Assembly: GCA_965153455.1 (NCBI GenBank)
Contig: OZ234493.1
Span: forward strand, 36,880,213-36,944,212
Reading direction: 5' to 3'
DNA length: 64,000 bases
Origin: Sphagnum compactum
Lineage: Eukaryota
Shown here: one piece after another, positions 25,901-38,767 of the stretch
Layout of the letters: the number at the start of each line of letters is the position of its first letter
How positions within the stretch are numbered: position 1 is the stretch's first letter
Program-made: the position numbers and the translations under genes
Notes under the pieces: generated by a model
Databases searched by the model: none
What the model was told of the DNA's origin: nothing
What the model saw: only the letters and a program-made list of their open reading frames with translations

Positions 25901-26647
25901 GTAATCTATTGGCGATGGGCCTTGGGCCGCCTCCCCCTCGGGGGAAGCGGCACCTGTCCCGCTGCCTGGTTGCACGATCAGAGAATGGGGCGAGGGGGTG
26001 ATCACTGAGCTTGTCAAATTCTTTCGCAGCGAGTTCCTCACTCTCGGCGCCTTTGCCCTGGCCGTGGAGAGGTCGATCCTCTCCGATTGCCTGGCAGCGG
26101 CGATGTCCGAGCCCTCCGAGCTTCTTCCGGGACCAATAGATACAGAATAGATTTCTGACTTGCGGGGATGGGAAGAATCTCCTTTCGGAGGTACCTGATG
26201 GGTGTGCGATCTGCCCACACCTTCGATCTCGCTCTCCCGAGGCTTCGACGCGACGTCCAGCGGAGCGATGAGCGTTGATGACCGTTGAGGAGGCTCTCCT
26301 CGAGGTCCGCCATAGCTCCTGGGCTGAAGAGCTTTCGCCTCCTTGCCTTGTTGCTGGAGTCTTGAACGATCCTGGGAGGCGACCGAAGTCGCCTGGTCCG
26401 AGCCTGCATTTCCTTCCTCCTTGCCGATCTCCTCTCCCAGAGCAGGGGAGATCAGCTTGGCTGGAGCTGCACAGAGCTCGGGCAATGCAGAATCCAAAGA
26501 GCCGTTGGAAGTCGGTGAGCACTTTCTGTCCGTTGGGGAGGAAGCGTGAGCACCATGCCCCGCTTTCCTTATCCTTCGAGAGACTAGAACGAATTCATCG
26601 AGCCCCGTGGTCTGAGAATCTGCAGTAGCAGAGCAGATTTCCATCAT
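22998..26647 (-). pseudogene. LINE ORF1 (RRM/DUF4283-like region plus zinc knuckles), interrupted by a solo LTR and stops
   Basis: ORF 25763..26647 continues into MQESAAKKARRTVIGRTLG... once 24762-25851 and one TSD copy are removed. Degenerate knuckle YRKCRRFGHHARAC. In-frame TAG at 23723 and 23108. Confidence 0.8.
24762..25851 (+). mobile_element. Solo LTR (1090 bp) with 5-bp TSD GCATC
   Basis: TGTCGCAACC...GCGCGTCA flanked by gcatc at 24757-24761 and 25852-25856. No PBS or PPT adjacent. Confidence 0.96.
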
Positions 26648-26802
26648 TAGAATGTGAAAGCGCTTAAGAATTGACTAAAAAAAAGAGCATTCGGACAACA
26701 GGATCATGGTTCTCTCTGATACGCGACTAGACAGAGAGCTCCCACCGCCGTGAACTTCATCCTGGTGCTCCATACAGTGAACTGCACCCAGTGAAATGCA
26801 AT

Positions 26803-27025
26803 AAACTCGCCGAGTGTCCTTTGGAATTTGTTACATCCTCCCAGGACCTGGTTCAATGCTCACTTTAGCAACATTAACAATATTCTGAAGACAATTAGGA
26901 GGTGTCAGATTACTAAGATAGGCGGGTACACCATGAGGAGAATAAATTCAGATCCAATATTAAGTCTTTGGAGCTTCCGATCTTTATTGGAACGTCAATC
27001 GGTTGTGGACGTGAATTCCACCATC
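26803..27025. repeat. Diverged direct duplicate of 32658-32877 (possibly decayed LRR-like coding sequence on the minus strand)
   Basis: Both start aaactcg(c/t)cgagtgtcctttggaatttg and share gaataaattcagatccaatat and gacgtgaattccaccatc. Confidence 0.8.
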
Positions 27026-27189
27026 GAAAGTTACCCACCGAATACACTTTGATTTCCATTAACCAAGTGGCATTAAGTATGCAAAGAGCCTAATTCGAGA
27101 ATCTTGAGAAGTAGGGGAGCTCCCTCAGGTCAAAGTTCGGTGGTGTCAGTGAGAACTATTTCTGTGCACCCAAAATACACAAGGGAGAG

Positions 27190-30100
27190 TGACGCGCTCC
27201 CAAGTTCCTTGTGGACCCACTCGAGGGTCCAAGTATGCGGCAATGCGGAAGCGGTTGGAACTTGGAGCCGCTCCCTAGCTCACAACACTTGAGGGGTAGA
27301 AGGGTGTGTTGGAGCTCCGGGATGGGACTAGGAAGAGTTGACAAGCTTGACTCGCTCACACGGACCCTCCATTAACCACTCCAAGTGGTTAGTCCAAAGT
27401 TGGAGCACCTTTGGTGCTAGGAAGAGCCACGGCCCGGACCTTGGGGAAGCCATCACCTTCCCCCTTGGGACTCATGTTGAATCCTTTTTGGTGTTGGGAC
27501 AAGCCACGGGTGAACTCGGACTCACTTTGAACACACACACACTCCGGGCTCGGGAGTAAGCCACCACCTCACTCCCTTTGGTGGGGAAGCCAGCACCTTC
27601 CCCCTTGGGGAAGCCACCCACTTCCCCCCTTATAGTATACTCTGTGACTCTCCACGGAGGCTACATCCAAATGGCTATTTTTCCCGGGACTCCCGAGTGG
27701 GAGTCCCGAAATCGCGCCAAATGGGACTCTCGCGACTTTGGAGCCCCATAACTTTGCGAGCAGACCTCGGATCGCAATGCGGTCTGCAGCAAAGTTGTAG
27801 ATCTCGTCGAGACCTTTCCAACGGTATGTCGCACGTCCTCTGCAGCCCAGTATTTCGGGTCGATTCCCGACTTTTAGTGGTCGGGAGTCAAAACTGGACG
27901 ACTCCCGGGAATTCGACTCCCGGGCCTTCTTTTGGCCATAACTTGTGCTTCAGATGTCCAAATGAGCAATGCGAGCCCATTTTGGACATCTACACTTCAA
28001 GAGCTTTCCATTGATATAAAGAGCGAAACAAGCCATGGAGTTTTGACCCCTCAAAACGCTCTTTGAAGTTTTGGGAGTCCTTTTGGGACTCCACTCTCAC
28101 CAACTCCCAACATGGGAGTTCACTTGGGAGTGTGAGGGTTCACTCCCTCACACTCTCTGGACTCTTTGCACTCCTTGCACTCCCGGGAGCATGTGATGTG
28201 CCTCCCGGGTCTACTACTAGGCCCGCAACCTCACAACCCCCTTGCCTTGGTCGCAAGCCAAAGGCTAGGGTTGCGACACTCTCCCCCACTAGAAGAAGAG
28301 GTCAATGTCCTCATTGACACTTAGAGTTTTCTCTCTCTCACGGTTGCACTCCCGGGAGCATGCGATGTGACTCCCGGGTCTACTATTAGGCTTGCACCTT
28401 GTAACCCCCTTGCCTTGGCCTTGAGCCAAGGCTAGGGTTGCGACACTCTCCCTCACTAAAAGAAGAGGTCAATGTCCTCATTGACACTTAGGGTTTTCAC
28501 CCACACAATTGCACTTGCTTTCTTTTGGATCTTTGGCCATCACTTGCCGACATCTTGCGGCTTGGCCCTTGTCTCAAGCTAACTCGGGCATCCCCAAGCT
28601 TCCAACATTCTCTTGACAAGTCGAGGAAGGTTTCTCTTAAACCCCCTCCCTCACTCGGGAGGAACTATTTCATCCTTCCCCTCATGAGTCATCATTTGCC
28701 GACACCTTGCGGCTTGGACCTTGTCTCAAGCTAACTTAGGCGTCCCCAAGCTTCCAACACTCTCTTGATAAGTCCGGGAGGGTTTCTCTTAAACCCCCCC
28801 CCTCACTCGGGAGGAACTCTTTCATCCTTTCCTTCATGAGGAACTCGAGCCGACACCTTGCGGCTCGGACCTTGTCTCAAGCTAACTCGGGCGTCCCCCA
28901 AGCTTCCAACACTCTCTTGACAAGTCCAAGAGGGTCTCTCTTAGACCCCCCCCTCATTTGGGAGGAACTATTTCATCCTTTCCCTCATGAGGAACTCAAG
29001 TCAAGTCTACTCTTGACTCAAGCTACTTGACATGACTCCTTTCCCCCATCTCGCGCCTCGGTCACAACAACCAAGCCTTCACGAAAAGGTATGCTTATCA
29101 AGGTACGAGGAGCAACGTTTAGGCTTTGCAAAGGCCTAAGTCCCAAGCTACACGATTATAGTACGTGAACGGGGTCATGACTCCCCGCGTTGGCCGCCAC
29201 TACCAACCAACCCTTCGGGATGCACTTTGGGCATGTGCACGTCCCCGTAAGCTCACCTTGCTTACCTCCTCTTTTGGGACCAAGATTTCTCCTAGCCTCT
29301 AAGTGGAGTCCGATTTTGATTTGGGCGTACGCGAGAGAGTTCCATTTGTCCATGCCACTTGACAACCCCTTTTTATTGTGGTTTTTTTTTTTTTTTTTTT
29401 TTTGTTTGTTTGTTTGTTTGAGATGCAATCTCTATGTTTGTGATGCAATCTCTTGTTTGTGATGCAATCTCTTGGAAGCTCAAAAACTTAGCCTTTATTT
29501 CACTTACAACTTGATGTGGTACATTTGTGTACCTTTCCGCCCCCTAAAAGAAAGGTGATGTCCTCATCACGGTCTATATTTCTTTTGCTTCTTCAAGTTG
29601 TGTGACCATGAGCACTTCCTCACTTGCATCACTTGGGGGTTGCCCAACCCAAGTTGAACTTCCTTTTGGAACTTAGTTTTCCAACATCAAGTGGATTGTG
29701 GTCCCACCCACACTAGGCACTTCATGTGCCTTCACTCGCGCGATCCCATTCTTGGATGGGATCCTAACTAGCCTATTGTGCCCTTCCATGAGCACATTGT
29801 CACGGGTGATGAATTCCATTCCCCCTAAGGTGGAAACTAAAAGTCCACCTTGCCTCTCCAATTTCCCAATTGGAGGGGCACATCTTTGGCTCACAACTTG
29901 GTGGGATGGGGAATCCCATCCGCAAAGTGCACCTCCATGGGTGCCTTGAGCTCCTCCAAGGGGAGCTCCATTCTTTTCGCACTTTCTTGGTTATGAAGTT
30001 GTGAGAAGTCCCTTAGAAACCCCACTCCCCGATTTGGGTTTGGGGCAATCCTTAGAGTAATGCCCCACTTCATTACAATTGAAGCACACTCCTTTGGGTT

Positions 30101-31801
30101 TCCCACTAGCATTTCCCTTGGGTTGGCTCCCTTTGAAAGGAGCCCCTTTCTTCACAAAATTTCCTTTGGGTTTAAAATCCGAGCCTTGGAATTGTTTGGG
30201 CTTTTCCCCCTTTGAGGTTTCTTGGCCTCGGCTCCATTCCCCTTCAATTAGGATTGGGCAAGTTCCACGGCTGAGTGCTGACCAACCTTGGCGGCATGGA
30301 GGTAATCTTCCATTTCCGCAAGCCAAGCATCCACAACCTTTCGGTCCCGGGCCCCATCAAAGTTCCCGGGCCTAGCGGGCTTGAACTCCACACCTTTGGA
30401 TGATCCTCCCTTGAGGGCCGCACTAATTCACCGAAATCGAGCCTATTCATCTTGAGTAGGACCTCCAATTGTTCCGGGGTGAAGAGCACCGCATTTGATT
30501 GCTCCTCTTCATTTTCATGGTCCTCATGGCTATCACGGTCTTCCTCACCTTCGGAAACATTTTGTTCATCCCCCATTATGGCTTGGGGTGGAACATCCAA
30601 CTCTTGGGTGGGTTCTTCCACCACGGTCTCTTGGACTACCTTGTGGGACTTCTTTGGTGCCATCGGAACTCCCCAATAAGTGGATCGAGCTCACCGGAGC
30701 TCTGATACCAAGTGACGCGCTCCCAAGTTCCTTGTGGACCCACTCGAGGGTCCAAGTATGCGGCAATGCGGAAGCGGTTGGAACTTGGAGCCGCTCCCTA
30801 GCTCACAACACTTGAGGGGTAGAAGGGTGTGTTGGAGCTCCGGGATGGGACTAGGAAGAGTTGACAAGCTTGACTCGCTCACACGGACCCTCCATTAACC
30901 ACTCCAAGTGGTTAGTCCAAAGTTGGAGCACCTTTGGTGCTAGGAAGAGCCACGGCCCGGACCTTGGGGAAGCCATCACCTTCCCCCTTGGGACTCATGT
31001 TGAATCCTTTTTGGTGTTGGGACAAGCCACGGGTGAACTCGGACTCACTTTGAACACACACACACTCCGGGCTCGGGAGTAAGCCACCACCTCACTCCCT
31101 TTGGTGGGGAAGCCAGCACCTTCCCCCTTGGGGAAGCCAACCACTTCCCCCCTTATAGTATACTCTGTGACTCTCCACGGAGGCTACATCCAAATGGCTA
31201 TTTTTCCCGGGACTCCCGAGTGGGAGTCCCGAAATCGCGCCAAATGGGACTCTCGCGACTTTGGAGCCCCATAACTTTGCGAGCAGACCTCGGATCGCAA
31301 TGCGGTCTGCAGCAAAGTTGTAGATCTCGTCGAGACCTTTCCAACGGTATGTCGCACGTCCTCTGCAGCCCAGTATTTCGGGTCGATTCCCGACTTTTAG
31401 TGGTCGGGAGTCAAAACTGGACGACTCCCGGGAATTCGACTCCCGGGCCTTCTTTTGGCCATAACTTGTGTTTCAGATGTCCAAATGAGCAATGCGAGCC
31501 CATTTTGGACATCTACACTTCAAGAGCTTTCCATTGATATAAAGAGCGAAACAAGCCATGGAGTTTTGACCCCTCAAAACGCTCTCTGAAGTTTTGGGAG
31601 TCCTTTTGGGACTCCACTCTCACCAACTCCCAACATGGGAGTTCACTTGGGAGTGTGAGGGTTCACTCCCTCACACTCTCTGGACTCTTTGCACTCCTTG
31701 CACTCCCGGGAGCATGTGATGTGCCTCCCGGGTCTACTACTAGGCCCGCAACCTCACAACCCCCTTGCCTTGGTCGCAAGCCAAAGGCTAGGGTTGCGAC
31801 A
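27190..31801 (-). mobile_element. Complete non-autonomous Ty3/gypsy-like LTR retrotransposon (4612 bp) with TSD GAGAG
   Basis: 5' LTR 30713-31801 and 3' LTR 27190-28278 (both 1089 bp, near-identical). PBS-Met 30699-30710, PPT 28279-28290. Internally a deleted gag (CFNCNEVGHYSKDC knuckle) and a protease remnant (MEVHFADG), with no RT or integrase. Confidence 0.96.
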
Positions 31802-33644
31802 GAGAGTGCCCCCGCGCGGTCAACAAACGAACCTTCAACACCAATTCCATCAAATCCACCTCGGCTGTCACGTTCACCGTACCCAGGACAAGGCAATCCA
31901 GGAGACAGATTTCCATCTCCCTTGAATGTTAAGACTTATTGTCACTGGCAATTTCCATCTCCCTTGACACCCTGTGGCTTTTTCCATCAATCGCCCTTTC
32001 CTCCCAACAAGGTGTTTCTTGTACCCTCTTCTTGAATAGATTCATAACGTTATGTATAGTTCAGTCCAGTGGTATTATATAACTCGTGTATAATTGTTGT
32101 TTTGCCTTAAACCCGCAACCTGACAGGCTCGTGGTAGTTACCCTGCAAGCAACTAAATTGGCCTTGTGGATGGCTTTAAAAAGACCTCTTTTCCATTCAA
32201 AGAGACTGCAGCTCCTTTGGAGTCCAGAGACACCGAAACTTACAATCCGTTAATAGACACAACGTCTTTTTGTTTCTTTTAGCGCGAACCTCTGTCCTAA
32301 CACGATCTCGTCGCTTCTGATGGGAGATACATATCTACACTGGTTTATCCAGAAGGTGGAAAAAACATGGGGGCGAAGGAACTGAAAGCACCGTCCATTC
32401 ATTAGCACCTGACAATCTTCGTACGAGGAACAAATCTAATGTTCCCGCTGTTGGTTGGCGTAGAAGCATTTTTACAGGATATTATGAACAAGAGGCTGAT
32501 GAACTATCAACCGGACAGATGTTGCATCTACCAAGCTTGCAACGGTCCCTGCGAAATCCGCAAGACGAGGGAGGCCCTATTGTTACGAATGGAGCCGTCG
32601 TTCCCGAAAGAGGAGGTGCTCCTGGTACTAAAATTCGCTGCCTCTTCTTCACTGCATAAACTCGTCGAGTGTCCTTTGGAATTTGCTACATCCTCTCAAG
32701 ACCTGGTTCAATGCTCACTTTGGCAACATTAACAATATTCCGAAGACGATTAGGAGGTGTCAGATGCTAACAGGCTGCTACTTCATGAAGAGAATAAATT
32801 CAGATCCAATATCAAGTGTTTAGAGCCTCCGATCTTTATTCCAATGTCAATCAGTTGGGGACGTGAATTCCACCATCCATAGAATGCGTGACCAGATTGC
32901 AACTGTCGAGGGTCATAGATGCCGATTCTCGTACATAATTTTGTCGCGCGTTCAGTAGACTTCGCATCACACTTTTGATGCATCGGACTGGCAAATTCCC
33001 GAAACCCGCAAACCATCACCAGCATGCGATATCTGAGTGATCATGGGTTGATAATATGGAGAAATGTAGACCATGTTTAAGAGCTTTGTGTAGAAGGAGG
33101 GCGTTGATAAAGTGCTCGCTGGTTTTTTCTTTTGGCCTCCGTTGGTGTGATGCACGAGAGGTTTGCGGTCCTTCCGCTGCAAATGTCCATGGGAAGGAGT
33201 ACATTTTTGCATGTCATCGTGTGGTCCAAGGTTTCACGACGTATCCGGAAGGATACCGTGAGTCTGATTTTTTCTAGGCTGCTCCTGGTGTTGGTTCCCC
33301 GTGCAGTGCAGTGGTGATCGTACGATGAACTCCGCGGGTGGTACGTGTATTCTGATCAAAGCCCGAACTGGGTGCTTGAGAATCTATAGTTGCACGCTGA
33401 AGTGTGGTGCTCGACGATTGTGGTGAATGCTCTCTCCCTTTTCGCGTTGCACGGGAGTGCTTCGGGGGCCTGATGATTCAATGTTCGTCGGCACCGCTCT
33501 CCGAATGAATTAGTAGCATCGAAATTAATTTTACAAGGATGTCACAGCACCTTGATCCGGAAAATTGCACAGCACATATAAGCTTTGAAGACGTTCTTCT
33601 CATAAATCCAGCACACTTTGACATCGTGTCTCATGTGGTACAGA

Positions 33645-36200
33645 TGCAGGGAACTCCTGTGCAAGCATGCCAGGGTCAGGTTACCTCGATAAGAATGATG
33701 AGCTGATTGATTCAATAGCAAAGGCAACCCTTGTAGCAACATCTGTGACCGGTGTGCCATGGAGGATAAGAACCATGGATTCCTGGGAGCTGGGCTTTTG
33801 GATCCAACGCAGGTTCGACTCCTTCAGAAGTTGCTGCAGGGATTCTCTTCGCAAGAGCTTCTAGGTATGGATCCCAAATCAGATGGAGCATACCTCGGTC
33901 TGCCTCTACGGCAATGATCTGGGCAATCTCAGAGATGCTATGGAGGATGTGTTTTGTCAGTCAAAAAGATCGATGATTGACTGTATGGGACAAGAAGACA
34001 TTGCCTTCAGCCAAAAGAAGGTTCAAAGTGCTGCAGACATGCTGCGGGTGGCATTCATCGACTTCTACTGAGGGCTTGGTGTGCTGAAGAGCTTTAGGTT
34101 TCATACATTTTCTACCTCTGAGGCTCAAAGTGCCTGAGACTCTGGCCTTGGGTACTCTCATCTTTTGTCTTCCTATTTGTAGCCACTCGTCATTTTCTTT
34201 TTGGGTCTCTTCTTTTTTCGCAATTCTTCAGTTCTCTGACCTGTCGAGCAGATGTTTACGTGTTTCCTTTGTCCTATCTTTGTTTTTATGCTGACCTGAT
34301 ATGTTGCAATCTACTCTTCGGGCCATTGTCACTTCAAGTTGTTGCTGCAATCAAATTTACTTCACTTGATTGTTGCATGTATCGGGAGGCATGCATCTCG
34401 ACCGGCTGTTAACTCCTCGTTTCTCTCCTGCTTACACTCACTCTAGGAGATCGCTCATCCTGCCATCATAATGTGCATCTCCCTTGTGAATGAACCAAGA
34501 CCAGAACCCTCACAACCATCGCGGGGATATTGTGGCAACTCCTTGAACATGGCTGCTTTTGCAAAAATATTGCGGAAATATGAGAAGGTTGTTGTTTGAC
34601 TTCTTCCAGCCTTTTTGATCTCATATCTTGGATATCATAATCGTATTCAAAGCACAACAGTTTCAGAAAGTCACCGTCTATCCTCCTCCAACTTCGACCG
34701 AAGTTCTAGACACCTTGCTTTGGCAACACAAACCGAGATAGGTTTTGAGTATTCAGAGCATGCACAGTGTCTACATTTCAGCTGACTGCTTATCTTTCTT
34801 GGAGTTTTCTTCTCGTGCTGCGAGCCCGGGAGGATGAATTTCTCGGAATGGATGATGTGTTTTTCACAACTTTTGTTCACAATAGTTGCAATGAGGTTTG
34901 TTTCTCAGTTATGAGTGTTTCGACTACTTTGGAGTGGTCGGGTGCTCTTTTCATACAACAGTCGCTGGGGGTTGGTGTAGGTCACTGGTTTGTTTATAGC
35001 TCTGAGCTATGTGCATCATGTGGATTGTGCTTACATCAATTCCTCTGAGAAGGTTGACGACTCTTGTTCCTGATCTGCAAGGTCAATCCTGCAACTATTG
35101 AGACAGCTGATAGAAGGACCGGTCTCAATTGGTCAACGGCCAGGAAGAACATTTGAAACCTGTATGGTATACGAACTAGAAAAAATGTGGACTTCTGAAA
35201 GTACCCAATTTGCATGGATGCGGCAGATAAGTCAACTTACGGGGAAGGCGGAGGTCACATTTGCAGAGCATTTCACGTCAGGTAATCAGCAACAGGCCAT
35301 GGCAGCACTGAGACCAATTCACCAAACAGCCCCTCACAGTCTGACGTATTTACCAGGTATGATAAAAATGATTACCATTGTCGAACATGGGTTCACATTT
35401 TCGGTGGTTTTGTGTGGAGGCATCCCTTTCACCTTAAAGAGCCAAATCCAAGTGCATAAATTGTTGTTGTCAGTGCAAAAGGGGTTGATACGTTCATAAG
35501 GCAAGAAGCATCAGAGCCTCCAATGTTGTGCTGTGCTGTGGTCGTATTACTTACGGAAAATTTGAAGCTCATTGAGATCATCCGTAGATTTCTGGTGTAC
35601 AATTATGAGTTCTAAATTCTGGTTCCATCTTGCTCTTGTGCAGGGTTTTTCACTAGGCGTTTGTTGATACTGATCTTAGCATTTAATTTGGCTGCATACT
35701 ACAACTAGGTGGGGATTACAGAAAGATGAAATATTTGACTTATTTGCGGACCATTTTCCTAACTTTCAGGCACTGTCTTATTGCCTTACTCGCATTTATC
35801 CTCTCTACCAACCAATTCGCTCAGAGATAATGACCAAATGTTTTGTCTAGGACGGCAATTTGTAGCTTTCCTTTCGAAGGTGCACACTGATAGATAGTCC
35901 GAACGTTCCTCTCCTTTGGCGTGCATGGTCTGGTGGGTGCACAACTTGGTGGCACTGATGCTTATCCATATGTACATGTATGGATGGAACCTGTACATGG
36001 GGAAGCGTGTTCGCATCAACTACACCTTCATCTTTGAGTTTTCCCGTGGTTCCGAACTTCACTATGAGGAAGTGCAGCCTCGCGGTCTGCACAGCACTAA
36101 CCACTGTGCTTATAGGAGCTATGGTGATGCATTTGAGCCATCCATTCAACGTTGTTTCATGCACAAGCATCCGCTGATGTTGACCTCATTCCTGTGGCAG
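33645..36200 (+). pseudogene. PHO1: PHO1-like SPX-EXS phosphate exporter, intron-containing pseudogene (internal part)
   Basis: Exon pieces KKVQSAADMLRVAFIDFY*GLGVLKSF, SLNMAAFAKILRKYEK|gt, VTFAEHFTSGNQQQAMAALRP and LIHMYMYGWNLYMGKRVRINYTFIFEF, in PHO1 order. TGA at 34069, further stops and frameshifts, and a lost acceptor near 34538. Confidence 0.88.
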
Positions 36201-38216
36201 TTATGTTGGTCGGTCGCAAAACTGGATATCCTCACGTTCTGAAGAGCAAATCTGGCTTGAAAAACTTCCAAACCAGATTTGCTCTAGACCAGTCGAATGC
36301 AACGCTTCTTGCCTCGTCAATTTAAGGACTTGGAAACACTTTCTCGTGGGTCAATTTCGGGGCTTCCCATGGTTTCAATGAATTACAATAGAGTTGCCAC
36401 ACGTGTTACATCTATGGCGGTCGTTCGACGTTCGATTCATTCTCCTTCCTTGCACCCTTAGGAAGGTTTGCTCCTTGTGACTCACACGCGATATTTCCAC
36501 CAATTAATAGTCGGTCGGTCAAAATGACTAACGAATGGGTGACATATTCTGTGTTGACTGGTTTCTTCTGAACAAATTTTGTTGAATGATTGATTCGTGA
36601 TGAAGCTCGTAAGCTGGCAAAGTCGGTGGATCTGGCAGTATTGGATAAATTAGAAATCCTATACTTGGGACGATGTTGAATTCGTTACAGGCAACGAACG
36701 GTATCCATATCGAGAGCAAAAGTCTTGATCACGGCGAGGATATTTGTCCGAGTAGACAAAGCAGTCATTGGATCGATGTTTTGGAACTTCGTCGGCATGT
36801 TTCTTCACGTGTTCCTTGGATATCTGGAGCTTGCTGCAGAAGAAATGCAATGTTCTTTTTTATTGTGATTCTACGCAGATGTTGAAATTTTGTGAGTTAG
36901 ACCAAATTTCGTTTTTGGACGAAGTGGTAGCTGGTGCGTGAACCAAGGTGGAGGTTTGAACCAAGGTGGAATATGTTCTGAACCGTCGCGGAGGCTCTAG
37001 GTGCAGGACGTTGCCTGCATGAAGTCTTGTAATTCCATAACTGGAGTTGTGCTTCTGTTCGACCAGGTTTTAGGGTGCGCCTTGTGAATTGGGTCAGTGG
37101 AAACATTTTCCGATAGATAGCACTGTTTATGGATGATGTCCAGTATTGATTATCGTTTGTTGAATCGATACGGACACAAAGTTTATAAACATGTTGTTGC
37201 GATATCATATGTCTTGCAACCCACCGTGCATATGCAATTTACGAATGCTTTTGCTGCGATGTGCCCATAACACATTTACAACGCCATAATATACATGAAT
37301 ACGACATGGACTCACTGTGGAACATCCTATTTGCGATTGTGTCGTTGTAACAATACAGTACATTTTGTTAGTAGACAGCTGCAATCTGCATTGCGCAACG
37401 GTGATCAATCGAGTTAAACTGAACGCATGATTCGTCGAAGAAACAAACATGTAGTCGTGTCTAGAATGAATGAAGGTTCCGTGCGAGAAACTTAAAACAG
37501 TAGAATCTGTGAAACTTGGTTGAGTCTGATGGAAAGAGGACCAAACCGATGACCCCAAGTCATTCCTCGCGAACTGAATATGACTGGCATTGACTCGAAC
37601 TACTTCTCGTTGCTTATCTCCGTTGATGTTTGTTTCGGCAGTCCGGTGGGTGAACTCTTGGGCTCCCATAACACCGAGGAAGAAGTAGCCCAGTACCGAA
37701 ATCATGCACAAGTTCCTTGGGCTCTTTACCTACAGCTCGATCGATCGAGTTTTGTTTTTCCTTTCTTATCGATCTTTGTACCCCTGGCTTAGTACAGCCG
37801 GAACCCTGGCTGCTTCAGGTCGTCTTCTCGGCCTTCCTATCGTGTGCTGTGATCGTTGCGGCCTGCATGAACCCTGCAAGTCTGCGTTCAAATTTGCGGA
37901 GAGATAAAAACAAGCATCAATAAACACTTACACTTCAGAAATTATTTCTCGTTTTGTGATTATTATTGAAGAACAAGGCTATTCGAAAATAAAAAAAATG
38001 AAAGAGAAACTAAAAAACGAAAAAAAAAAAAATAGGAAAGAAAGAATCATCAGAAAAAATATTAGTAATCTTTTTCGTTTTTTGGAAATGAAATTTCACT
38101 TTCTAATTATTATTTAGAAAACCTATTTGAAAAAAAGAAATGAAATAGAAATAGAAAAAGAGAAAGAAAAGGAATGCGAAACAGAAAGAAAGAAGAAAAA
38201 AAAAAAGAAATGGGGA

Positions 38217-38767
38217 TCTTATATTCTTATATAGTAAAGGACGTCGTGGACGAAATGAAGCTTTCCATCCATCCGTCCGTCGCGTCATCCATCCTGTCAT
38301 CCATCCAAACAAAACAAATATATTTTTTAAAAAGGGAAAAAATGTACCCATTTCCCCCCTCCTCCTTCCACATTTCCAATGAAGCGAAAAAATAACATTA
38401 ACCTCCACCCCCCTCCCCCTCAACTGTAAAAAAAAAATTAAGAAAAAAAATCAAGGTGCACCCTTTCCCCGTCGTACGATCAATACAATATAAACCCTGG
38501 CCCTTCTCCACAGTAAAAAGTAATTGTTCCAAGTTACCAACAGTAAAAAAACTAACAAAAAGTAACAAACCTTACCCCTTTCACCAATAAAAAGTAACTT
38601 ACAAAACTTACGACCAGTAAAAAAAATAACTAAAAGTAACAAAAAGTGAAAAAGGTCAACACAAACAACCCGGCATTGCATGAAAACAGCCCGGCACTCC
38701 TGTGTATTTTCTCTGGTCAAACAGCCCACAGCCCACGGCATTACACTCGTAATGCCCGGATTACTAA
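38217..38767 (+). mobile_element. Small non-autonomous Helitron
   Basis: 5' A|TCTTATATTCTTATATAGTAAAG. 3' perfect hairpin GGCATTAC-actc-GTAATGCC (38737-38756) followed by CTAA. Confidence 0.75.

Larger units (their letters stand above)
18350..26761 (-). mobile_element. Full-length decayed non-LTR retrotransposon (L1/Tx1-type LINE) with 16-bp TSD CTGGTGCTCCATACAG
   Basis: TSD copies at 18284-18299, 18334-18349 and 26762-26777. ORF1 and ORF2 are present with several stops and frameshifts. Confidence 0.95.

Noticed and set aside
24947-31537. Recurrent short ORFs (MGVPKSRQMGL..., MTSLTRSHG..., MSESSLSTL...)
   Set aside because: They recur only because the LTR is repeated, and no protein motif is recognisable.
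27100-31920. Possible decayed NB-ARC GLPL region spanning the LTR insertion site (minus strand)
   Set aside because: The similarity (ELVLKV...GHSPLCILG) is too weak to support without a search.
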